DNA of 64,000 nt, taken from contig JBDLIX010000004.1 of assembly GCA_039714655.1 (NCBI GenBank), positions 21,758 through 85,757 on the forward strand, given 5' to 3'. Position numbers and translations under genes: made by a program. Of the stretch, positions 9,459 through 18,298 are shown in pieces. Position 1 is the stretch's first letter; each line of letters begins with the position of its first letter. Origin of the DNA: Bacteroidota bacterium (GTDB lineage: Bacteria > Bacteroidota > Bacteroidia > Bacteroidales > GCA-2748055). The notes beneath the pieces were generated by a model. That model was not told the origin of the DNA. It saw nothing but the letters and a program-made list of their open reading frames with translations, and did not search any database.

Positions 9459-10265
9459 TTAAACGAATTTAATGCCGAAAATCAAAATATCATCCACCTG
9501 GAACTCATCACCTCTCCATGCAGTAATCACTTTATCAAGTTCGTCGCGTTGTTTCTCCATGGGTTGGTTTGATATTCCAATGAGCAACTCTTTCAATGGG
9601 CCGTATTTGAATTTCTTGTTCTGAGGTCCGCCAAATTGATCCGCATAGCCATCAGAAAATATGTATACGATATCGCCGGGTTTTAGTTGCAAATTATGGC
9701 TTGTGAAGGACTCCTCCTCAATGGCATTGATACCCACAGGCATTTTATCGGCCTTGATTTCGGTGAGGACATTTTTGCGTATATGATAGAGTGGATTGTT
9801 GGCTCCGGAATATTGTAACTCCAGGGTTTTCGGATTGAATACACAAAGTGCCATATCCATGGCATCTTTGTTTTCCAGTTCATGCCCCTTTTGATGGAGT
9901 GCTCTCATAACCCGCTCACGAAGCAGGTTTAGGATCCTGCTTGATTTTACCGGACCCCGGGTGCTGAGGATCTCATTCAGGAATGATACGCCCATGATGC
10001 TCATCAGGGCTCCGGGTACTCCATGTCCGGTACAATCACCCGCTGCTGCTACTATGTATTCCTCTTTCCGTGAGCAGTAATAAAAATCTCCACTTACAAG
10101 TTCCCTTGGTTTATGAAGTACAAAGAAATCATGCAATATGTTCTCCATATACTTCTGGTCCGGTAGCACAGCCCTTTGTATAAAACTGGCGTATTTAAGG
10201 CTGGCCATCAGCTCCCTGCGTTGTATGAGCAGGGTTTCCCTGGAGAGCTTAGATTCTTCTTTCAA
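9459..10265 (-). CDS. Stand-alone PP2C-family Ser/Thr phosphatase (SpoIIE domain)
   Basis: 268 aa with SGDFYY, GDCTGHGVPGALMS, FSDGYADQFGG and DDILIFGI. It is a clear paralogue of the C-terminal domain of the upstream gene. The TTG start overlaps the upstream TGA (TTGA). Confidence 0.85.
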   Translation of the reverse strand: MKEESKLSRETLLIQRRELMASLKYASFIQRAVLPDQKYMENILHDFFVLHKPRELVSGDFYYCSRKEEYIVAAAGDCTGHGVPGALMSIMGVSFLNEILSTRGPVKSSRILNLLRERVMRALHQKGHELENKDAMDMALCVFNPKTLELQYSGANNPLYHIRKNVLTEIKADKMPVGINAIEEESFTSHNLQLKPGDIVYIFSDGYADQFGGPQNKKFKYGPLKELLIGISNQPMEKQRDELDKVITAWRGDEFQVDDILIFGIKFV

Positions 10266-13200
10266 TGTTCACCCATTCTTAGTCCCATGACAAGGATATC
10301 ATCAATCTGACTGATTTCTCCCATCCATCCCAGCAGCACCTTTTCCAATGAAGCACCCTGTTCCTTCATGGGAACTGATTGCAATTCGAGGATTAGCTTT
10401 TTAAAATTTTTTGACATAAATTTCTTTCCCTGTGGTCCGCCAAACTGGTCCAGGAATCCATCCGAGAACAGATAAATACTATATCCTTCATCCTTAAAAG
10501 AGGTAGCAGTAAAGGGGAGTGTTTTTTCCGAGATCCCAATGGGCATCTGGTCTGCCCGAATTTGCAACAGCAGGTTCTTATCATCATGAATAGATCCCCT
10601 GGGCAGCTCAAGCTCCTCTCCCTTATTCAATTTTGTCTTTTCATTCCGTTTCAGTTTCCTTACCAGGTAGAGCGGATTGTAGGCACCTGAAAACTGAAAC
10701 TCATGTGTGTTAATGTCGATGGAAACCATTGCCAGGTCCATTCCATCCTTGGTCGATTCTTCAATGCTTTTTCCCGATTGCTTTAGCGAGGTGATGACGT
10801 GTTCCCGCAAATGCTCCAGTATCTGATCTGTACTGGTGATCTCAGCTTTGATCACAATCTCATCCAGAAAAGTCATTCCCAGCATGCTCATGAATGCTCC
10901 GGGTACACCATGACCGGTGCAATCGGAAGCGACAATGATCAGTTTTTCATTTTTCAATCCCATCCAGTAAAAATCACCACTTACAATATCACGGGGCCGA
11001 AACAGAATGAAATGCTCCATGTTGTGGTCGTCCATGAGACGATCGGGTGGCAGCAGGGCACGCTGGATCCGGCTGGCATATTCAATACTGTCGGTAAGCT
11101 CCTCCTTCTGTTTCCTGATCTCTGCAGTTCTCTCCTCGATGATCCCTTCCAGCCTCAGATTTTCCTGTTTAAGTCTTCGGGTATAAAGTTTGATGATGAT
11201 GTACACCAATAATCCGGAAAGGAGGATGTATGTGATGATGGCTGGAATCGAGGCATACCATGGTCGAAGAATGGTGAAGGTGTAAAAAGCCGGGAGGCTT
11301 TCATCACCATACACATTGATGGCTTTCACATGGATGGTGTAATCACCAAAAGGAAGATTCGTAAAATCTTTATATGCTGCACCATCCCACTCCGACCATT
11401 CTTTATCAAATCCTTCCAGCATATAGCTATATCTTAATTCCTTCTCCTGCTCGAAAAATGGAGCGGCCCATTTGAATTCGATGTTGTTGTATCGGTGCCT
11501 GATCATGGGCCGGGCAGCTTCAGCCTGCGTGAGTTGAATCGTGTATTTCCCCAAGCCATCTTCAATGAAATTGGTTCCATTGAAAAGCAGGGAGTCGCTG
11601 TTGATAGAAACACTTCGTATAAGGGTCCGGAAGGGCAGTGTATCGTTTCTGGTAAATGATTTGTCAAAATGGTATAGTTCATTGGATTTACCGAACCATA
11701 CACCTCCTTCAGGATCACTGAAGATTACATCTGTAGAGAGGTTTTGCAAACGTTGAAATGGTTCTGCCCGGACCACCTCCAGCCTGTTTTCCTTTTTGCG
11801 TGCCACCAGTTCTCCCCATCCAGAATATTCATTCTCAAAAGAGTACCAGTAATATCCCTCCCGGTCTTTGATAAAGGTCATGATAAAATTGCGGCCCGGT
11901 GGAAGCACACTGTTATGAATGGTGTCCCGGTAGATGGTGTCCCTGAAGTAATTGTAACGGTAGAATCCATTTGCGGTTCCCAGTAATATCTCTTCCGAGT
12001 CGGGATCTATAAATACCTGGTTCTTTTCAACAGCCGGCAGTCCATCTTCCTCAGAAAAGAATTTCATAGTGGCATCATTGATGCGTGAGATATCGATGCG
12101 AATTACCCTACTGGTAGTGCTGGTCCACAGGTATCCGTATTTATCAATTCCCATTTTTTGAATTACAGCATTAGGCAAATCTTCCACCCTCATGATCTCT
12201 TTCCACCTTCCTCTGGTATATTGCAAACCGACTATCTGTATTCTGCCCGTGTAAATGATATCGGGGCGTTTGGGATCCTGGACCAGGTGCCGGCCAACGT
12301 ACTCTTCTCGTTCCTGCAATCCTTCGTGTGGATTGATAACCAGGTCCACCAGGGAGGAGACGTTCAACTGTTTGTCCACCACGAAGGTCATGTATTCGGA
12401 GGAGGCCAATAGAAGCTCCACATTTGGAGAGGGTTTGAACAGATGCAAGTGCCAGATCGTTTGATCACGTGTTTCGGGTAGGGAAATAAAATCTGTGGAG
12501 GTGGAAGAGGAGTTTTTATAATAGAGTCCGCTGAATGTGGCAACAAAAAGCTTTTTGTTAAATACGACAATATCACTTATGAACCCTTCAAGTCCGGATG
12601 CTTCAGTGAATTGTCTGAATGGATTATGAGTCTCCAGTTTGCTTACACCCATCCAGTTGGTGATCCAGAGCGGACCTGATCCTTTCAATTGATCATTGGA
12701 GTAGACATAGGTGATGTCCTCATCGATCAATCCCTCCGACTTGGAAAGAATCTCACTGGCCTTTCCATTCCGTTTAAGAATCACCAGTCCATTATATAGA
12801 CTGGACACTACGAAATCATCGTTCAGTGGCCGAATATAGGTGATGACTCCATTCCTGAAATGGTCCTGAAGACCATGATCGAGAAATGAATGATCCACTG
12901 TTCCTCTTTTCATATCAAACAGGTATACCCCCTGCTCGGCAGTCCCGGCAAGCAGCCTGTTATCATCGTATTTCACCAGCCCGGTAATGACCATCTCCTT
13001 GAAAAAATCACCACCTTTGACTGTTTTAAATGCATCATTTTCAAACTTCATCAATCCGTTACCAAAATCTGAAACGTAGAGGGTACCGTCAATAATATAA
13101 GAGAAATAGGTATACTCAGGCGTCTCCAGGATGGAGAGTTGATCCATCTCCCGATTGAAAATGAAAATTTTGGAAAAGGTACAGAAGTAGACTTCTCCAT

Positions 13201-13621
13201 TGTGGTAATAGGTTCTCCACACTGCCGTGAATGGATACTTCTCCTGGTCAATGGTATCAGAAAGGGATCGGTAATGCATATTCCCTATGTGATCAGGGGC
13301 CAGGTAACCAAATTCAGATTCTCCCCCCACATAGACCACTCCGTCATCTCCGGTTTCCAGTGACCTGATAATAGGATCATTGGGAATCGGAATGCTGCGC
13401 CACTCCACACCGTCATATTCAAGTACACCTTTGTCATTGTTCCCAATGTATATGACACCCCTGGCATCTTGTGTAACACACCAATTCTGCTCGCTTCCCC
13501 CTGTAATGTTATGAGGGTAGTTGGTGATCATGGGAACTCCATTATTATTGGGCTGAGCCAGGAGAGTGCCAGATGCCGTTAAACACAAGAGCAATGATAT
13601 GACAGCAGTACGAATACCCAT
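10262..13621 (-). CDS. Periplasmic two-component-regulator-propeller / Y_Y_Y sensor fused through one TM helix to a PP2C (SpoIIE) phosphatase
   Basis: 1119 aa with a signal peptide and repeated propeller blades. The Y_Y_Y region is LRYSYMLEGFDKEWSEW..YTIHVKA and the TM helix is IPAIITYILLSGLLVYIII. A coiled coil is followed by SGDFYW, SDCTGHGVPGAFMS, FSDGFLDQFGG and DDILVMGL. Confidence 0.85.
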   Translation of the reverse strand: MGIRTAVISLLLCLTASGTLLAQPNNNGVPMITNYPHNITGGSEQNWCVTQDARGVIYIGNNDKGVLEYDGVEWRSIPIPNDPIIRSLETGDDGVVYVGGESEFGYLAPDHIGNMHYRSLSDTIDQEKYPFTAVWRTYYHNGEVYFCTFSKIFIFNREMDQLSILETPEYTYFSYIIDGTLYVSDFGNGLMKFENDAFKTVKGGDFFKEMVITGLVKYDDNRLLAGTAEQGVYLFDMKRGTVDHSFLDHGLQDHFRNGVITYIRPLNDDFVVSSLYNGLVILKRNGKASEILSKSEGLIDEDITYVYSNDQLKGSGPLWITNWMGVSKLETHNPFRQFTEASGLEGFISDIVVFNKKLFVATFSGLYYKNSSSTSTDFISLPETRDQTIWHLHLFKPSPNVELLLASSEYMTFVVDKQLNVSSLVDLVINPHEGLQEREEYVGRHLVQDPKRPDIIYTGRIQIVGLQYTRGRWKEIMRVEDLPNAVIQKMGIDKYGYLWTSTTSRVIRIDISRINDATMKFFSEEDGLPAVEKNQVFIDPDSEEILLGTANGFYRYNYFRDTIYRDTIHNSVLPPGRNFIMTFIKDREGYYWYSFENEYSGWGELVARKKENRLEVVRAEPFQRLQNLSTDVIFSDPEGGVWFGKSNELYHFDKSFTRNDTLPFRTLIRSVSINSDSLLFNGTNFIEDGLGKYTIQLTQAEAARPMIRHRYNNIEFKWAAPFFEQEKELRYSYMLEGFDKEWSEWDGAAYKDFTNLPFGDYTIHVKAINVYGDESLPAFYTFTILRPWYASIPAIITYILLSGLLVYIIIKLYTRRLKQENLRLEGIIEERTAEIRKQKEELTDSIEYASRIQRALLPPDRLMDDHNMEHFILFRPRDIVSGDFYWMGLKNEKLIIVASDCTGHGVPGAFMSMLGMTFLDEIVIKAEITSTDQILEHLREHVITSLKQSGKSIEESTKDGMDLAMVSIDINTHEFQFSGAYNPLYLVRKLKRNEKTKLNKGEELELPRGSIHDDKNLLLQIRADQMPIGISEKTLPFTATSFKDEGYSIYLFSDGFLDQFGGPQGKKFMSKNFKKLILELQSVPMKEQGASLEKVLLGWMGEISQIDDILVMGLRMGEH

Positions 13622-13761
13622 GCGTGTGACTTATAGCTTCCTAAAATATTGAAAATATATGGTTATGCCTCTATGAAAAAAATCTTTTTTTCCACCAACT
13701 ATGCAACCTAAAACCGATAATAAGGTTTACTATTTAGCCGGGAATTTGTTTAATTGCAACC

Positions 13762-16700
13762 ATGCGCAGACGGATCAGTATATATTCAATACTCTTTTGC
13801 CTGGTTTTTGGGACAATAGTTACAACTGCTCAGCAGTCAGATATAAAGCTTTCAACAGGAGGAGAGGCATTTGAACATACGCTTGTTTTCGAGGGGAATC
13901 GGTTGATTTTCCGGGGGGAGATCGATCACCTTACATTGACCTCATTTGAGGATGGAGATGATTTCGTCTCTATTCAGATGCCCGGATATGTTTTATCCGG
14001 TGACACCGGTGTCCCCGCACTCCCGGAAAAGAGAATGCTGTTTGAAGCAGAGGAAGGGGAGATAGCCCGGATCCGAATCGACCAGATAGATTCGGTGATT
14101 TTCGATCTGCAACAGCTGGGTATTGATGCAAGTATCTCCCCATCTATGCCTTCGGTCAGAAAAGGCGCACCTGCTGAAAATATTGTTGAGAATGGAGTGG
14201 CCTATGATGCCGATGAATGGGTAGGCGGACCCGTGGTGACAGTTGCGTATGAAGGGAAGATGAGGGGGCTGGCCATGAGCACGCTCCATTTTAATCCCAT
14301 TCGTTACAACCCAGTCAGGAACCTGGTTAAGGTCTATTTCAATGTTACTTGCACCATTGAAACCATGGCTCAGGTGAACCGAAAGCATATTGCTTCACGA
14401 GCGTTTGAAAGGCTCTTCCAACGGGTAATCAGACGCAATGATCAACCGGAGAAAAAAGCACTTTTTGTTGAAGAGCCCATGACCATGGTGATCCTTTCCG
14501 ATACCATGTTCAGGGAGACACTGCAGCCCTTTATTCAGTGGAAATCACGCAAAGGCTTCAAGGTGGTGGAAGCTTACAGGCAGGAGTCCGGGGTGGGAAG
14601 CTCCAGAGAGACCATAAAGTCCTATCTGGAATCACTCTATACCCAACCTTCAGTCGGTATAGCCCCACCCACCTATTTATTGATTGTGGGGGATGTAGAG
14701 CATATTCCATTGTCACAGTCCGGCGGACAAATCACAGATCTCTACTACACCACTTTTGATGGGAAAGATGATTACATACCCGATCTGTTTTACGGAAGGA
14801 TCTCGGTGAGCAATGTGGAACAATTGCAGGCGGTACTGGACAAGGTTCTGGAGTACGAACAGTATCAGTTTCCCGATCCCTCTTTCCTGAATGAGGCAGT
14901 GTTGATCGCCGGGGTGGATGGTACATTTGCCAGCAGGTATGGCAACGGTCAGATCAACTATGCACATGACCATTACATCAACGAAAACAGCGGATTCAAT
15001 GCCCATACATTTCTTTACCCCGGGTCGGATACGAGTGACACCCGGATCCTGGAGCTTATTTCCGGAGGAGTAGGTTTTGTCAATTATACCGGGCATGGAC
15101 TCTATGACAGGTGGATTGATCCAACTTTTCATCAGAATGACATTGATGGTTTGGAGAACCTGGGGAAATACCCGGTGATGATCGGGAACGGTTGTGAAAC
15201 CAATGTATTTAACCTGGGAGAGTGTTTTGCCGAGGCATTGATACGTGCACCAGGAAAAGGAGCTCTGGCCTATATTGGTTGCACCAACGATTCTTATTGG
15301 GATGAAGACTATTTCTGGGCGGTCGGTGTGGGCCCTATTGTGGCCGAGCCCGTTTATGAGGAGTCCTCCCAGGGATATTACGACAAGGTGTTCCATTCTC
15401 ATGGGGAGTCCCGCGAACTCTGGACCCCTTCTTTGGGGGAGATGGTATTTGGAGGGAACATCGCTGTCCAGCAGAGCAACAGTTCACGGAAAAAGTTTTA
15501 TTGGGAGATCTACCAGCTGGCAGGGGACCCATCCATTGTTCCGTGGTTTTCTCAGCCCAATACCAGGGAGGTATGGCACCCTGCAGTGCTGCCAATCGGG
15601 TCAAACCGAATGGATATTAGCTGTGCTCCTTTCGACTATGTGGCTCTGTCGCGAAACGGAGTGCTCCTTGATGCACTTCATGCCTCTGAAGCGGGAACTG
15701 CCACACTCTATATCTCCGATACCATCAGCAGCGGAACCCTGGAGCTTTTGGTTTCTGGCGATGCGTACATTCCCTTTACCGGTGAGGTGGTGTTAGGTAT
15801 TCCTCCGGATCCCTACCTTGATCTGGCACGGTACAACCTGTCCGATGAGTCGGTGGAGAAGGATGGTTTGATCGGTCTTGAAGAACAGTTTTCACTTGAC
15901 ATGCAATGGATCAACCGGGGTGGGGCAGATTTGGAAAATGACACACTGGTACTTTTTACAGATCATAAGGATATTGCCGTCCTGGATTCTATGGTGGTTG
16001 TAGAGAGAGTGGGAGCCGGTGATACGGTAACAATTCAAAGTGTTTTCAGGATCGGGACCGGACCAGGTGTTGCTGACCAGGAATCTTTACGATTTGGATT
16101 GTATTGGAAAGGGGATCAGGAAGGCCGGACGGTTTACCTGAAGGAGAAAGCATACGCACCCCTCCTAATTTCCGAAGGAATTGTCTGGGATGACAGACCC
16201 TCTGGGAACGGGAATGGGATTGCAGAGCCAGGAGAGTGGTTGGTCTGCCAATGGACCATCCGTAATGTCGGTCATTTCAGGACCGGAAAATTGACCGGAA
16301 CAGAGAATCCGGAAGGAATCTCCGTTTTTGAAAGGATTGAATTTGATCCTCTTCCTGTACTGGAACCAGAAGATGGCATTGTGATGACCTTCCGGGCACA
16401 GATGGCAGGTACAGTGAAGGATTTCCAAAAGGCCGGCCCTTTTATGGCAGGTGATCGGTATGTTACTGTACAGGATAGTTTCTTGCTCTTTTCAGGCCGA
16501 CATTATGAAGATTTTAGCAACCAACCGGATCGCTATCCTTTCATCAACAGTTCAGATTCGCCCTGGAAAATCGATAACCAGACCTACACCTCTTCACATT
16601 ATTCCCTCCGCTCGGGGGCAATTCCTGACTATGGTGTGAGTGAGTTAACTGTGGAATTTGAGACAAGTGATGTGGATACCCTCTCCTTTGCGTATCGGGT

Positions 16701-17826
16701 TTCATCGGAAGTGGGATATGATTACCTGCAGTTTTATGTGGATTCTGTATTGTATAGCAGCTGGTCAGGCGAGAAGGGTTGGAACCGTTACTTTACAACC
16801 CTTGAACCGGGTATTCATGAGATAACCTGGTCTTACCTGAAAGACCAGTCCATGAGCCGGGGCGAGGATGCCGCATGGATCGATGATATCGTTTTTCCGG
16901 CATCGGCATTTCGTGGGAGCGATCTTTCATTGATGAGGATCATTCAACCAGTATCCGGTCCCTGGCTTACCAATCAGGAGGAAGTCATATTGCTTGTGAG
17001 GAATGCCGGAATGGATACCATTCACCGGTTTTCAACCGCTGTTTCTCTAGACGATCAGCCCAGAAGCTTCGACACTATTACGACTCCAATTCTGCCTGGT
17101 GAAGCGTTGAAATTTATTGTTTCAGAGTTATTTGACCTTTCCAACCTGGGTAATTACAGGTTACATACACAGATTGTTTCTGATTCGGATGAATACTATG
17201 GTAATAACCAACTGGAGATGGAGGTGATGCGGTATGATTACCCCGACCTGGCATTGTCGGTTTTGCAGATAGATGAAGTTGACGGGGTACATACAGATGT
17301 AGTAATTGCCATTGAGAATGAAGGGAATACCTGGATTGACTCTCTCCGGTTTGAGTCGTGGATTGACGGGGCCATGGTTAAATCAGGTACCGTGTTCATT
17401 GGATTGGAACCCGGACTGGGACTTATTGATACCTTCAGGTTGGTTGATAGTACCAGCAACCTCCTTACCACAGGTTTTTATGACTACCTTATCAGGTCGG
17501 CTGAAACGGACAGCGCCTTGTTCAACAACGAGGTGTCCGGAGTTTTTTACTGGCATGCGTTAGGAATGCAGCCAACGGATCCCTTCGATGGATTGCTGCT
17601 CTATCCAAATCCTGCCATGGAAGGCTTCTACCTGATATTGCCTCAGCCGGCCCATGGAGCAAAGAGCGTTGAACTGGTCAACATCCATGGACGGGTGGAA
17701 GCCATCTTTGAGATTGAAAAGGGTTCAGCAATGCTTTATATACCAGTGTTGTCATTGGCTCCAGGGAGGTACATGCTGAAAATTGATGGCATGAAAGCAT
17801 CTCTGCCTGTGGTTATTACAGATTAG
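13762..17826 (+). CDS. Gingipain-family cysteine peptidase C25 with accessory beta-sandwich domains and a T9SS C-terminal sorting domain
   Basis: 1354 aa with a signal peptide. The C25 core has VNYTGHG (His) and IGNGCETN (Cys). One domain (YDYLQFYVDSVLYSSWSGEKGW..WIDDIVF) resembles choice-of-anchor-J/MAM. The last ~80 aa (LLLYPNPAMEGFYL...YMLKIDG) look like a Por secretion tail. Confidence 0.85.
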   Translation: MRRRISIYSILFCLVFGTIVTTAQQSDIKLSTGGEAFEHTLVFEGNRLIFRGEIDHLTLTSFEDGDDFVSIQMPGYVLSGDTGVPALPEKRMLFEAEEGEIARIRIDQIDSVIFDLQQLGIDASISPSMPSVRKGAPAENIVENGVAYDADEWVGGPVVTVAYEGKMRGLAMSTLHFNPIRYNPVRNLVKVYFNVTCTIETMAQVNRKHIASRAFERLFQRVIRRNDQPEKKALFVEEPMTMVILSDTMFRETLQPFIQWKSRKGFKVVEAYRQESGVGSSRETIKSYLESLYTQPSVGIAPPTYLLIVGDVEHIPLSQSGGQITDLYYTTFDGKDDYIPDLFYGRISVSNVEQLQAVLDKVLEYEQYQFPDPSFLNEAVLIAGVDGTFASRYGNGQINYAHDHYINENSGFNAHTFLYPGSDTSDTRILELISGGVGFVNYTGHGLYDRWIDPTFHQNDIDGLENLGKYPVMIGNGCETNVFNLGECFAEALIRAPGKGALAYIGCTNDSYWDEDYFWAVGVGPIVAEPVYEESSQGYYDKVFHSHGESRELWTPSLGEMVFGGNIAVQQSNSSRKKFYWEIYQLAGDPSIVPWFSQPNTREVWHPAVLPIGSNRMDISCAPFDYVALSRNGVLLDALHASEAGTATLYISDTISSGTLELLVSGDAYIPFTGEVVLGIPPDPYLDLARYNLSDESVEKDGLIGLEEQFSLDMQWINRGGADLENDTLVLFTDHKDIAVLDSMVVVERVGAGDTVTIQSVFRIGTGPGVADQESLRFGLYWKGDQEGRTVYLKEKAYAPLLISEGIVWDDRPSGNGNGIAEPGEWLVCQWTIRNVGHFRTGKLTGTENPEGISVFERIEFDPLPVLEPEDGIVMTFRAQMAGTVKDFQKAGPFMAGDRYVTVQDSFLLFSGRHYEDFSNQPDRYPFINSSDSPWKIDNQTYTSSHYSLRSGAIPDYGVSELTVEFETSDVDTLSFAYRVSSEVGYDYLQFYVDSVLYSSWSGEKGWNRYFTTLEPGIHEITWSYLKDQSMSRGEDAAWIDDIVFPASAFRGSDLSLMRIIQPVSGPWLTNQEEVILLVRNAGMDTIHRFSTAVSLDDQPRSFDTITTPILPGEALKFIVSELFDLSNLGNYRLHTQIVSDSDEYYGNNQLEMEVMRYDYPDLALSVLQIDEVDGVHTDVVIAIENEGNTWIDSLRFESWIDGAMVKSGTVFIGLEPGLGLIDTFRLVDSTSNLLTTGFYDYLIRSAETDSALFNNEVSGVFYWHALGMQPTDPFDGLLLYPNPAMEGFYLILPQPAHGAKSVELVNIHGRVEAIFEIEKGSAMLYIPVLSLAPGRYMLKIDGMKASLPVVITD

Positions 17827-17827
17827 C

Positions 17828-18298
17828 CTACTTCATTAGTTGAACATCGAAGATCCCGCCCTTTACGATGTAACAGGGGGATCCGCACTCCACTCCCGCA
17901 TCGTAAAGATGCATATGATCTGAATCAAATGCAATAATCGTTTGATTTCCTGAACTGTAGGTGGCTTCTACCGTGTATTCACGATCTATTTCCGAATAGA
18001 GAAAAAATTCCTCGGTGGTGGCGGTATCTTGCCAGTCGATCACTCCCTCCTCATAACTTCCCTTGTAAAAGGTTAGGGGAACCGAATCGTTTTCTGCATT
18101 GATGGTCACATAAATGATTAATTTGGCACTGTCAGGAGCATATCCATAGCAATCGTTGCAATTCACTTCAATGATCCAGTCCTCCGGTTCACAGCCCATG
18201 AAATTGCCTGATAACACCAGAAGAAAAGATGTGACCAGCGTAATGGGGATCCACGATCCCCGGGCTTTAATATTCAATCTCTTTATAAACATTGTCAC
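17828..18298 (-). CDS. Small hypothetical lipoprotein
   Basis: 156 aa with a hydrophobic N-terminus ending in LSGNFMGC (lipobox-like). It overlaps the upstream ankyrin gene by 32 nt. I recognised no family. Confidence 0.5.
   Translation of the reverse strand: MTMFIKRLNIKARGSWIPITLVTSFLLVLSGNFMGCEPEDWIIEVNCNDCYGYAPDSAKLIIYVTINAENDSVPLTFYKGSYEEGVIDWQDTATTEEFFLYSEIDREYTVEATYSSGNQTIIAFDSDHMHLYDAGVECGSPCYIVKGGIFDVQLMK

Noticed and set aside
14713-15402. 229-aa minus-strand ORF (and the 183-aa plus-strand ORF at 15245-15796) inside the C25 peptidase gene
   Set aside because: It lies entirely within or antisense to a long ORF that has clear family motifs. The composition is low-complexity and Pro/Gly/Arg-rich, with no recognisable motif. 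This is a typical shadow ORF.
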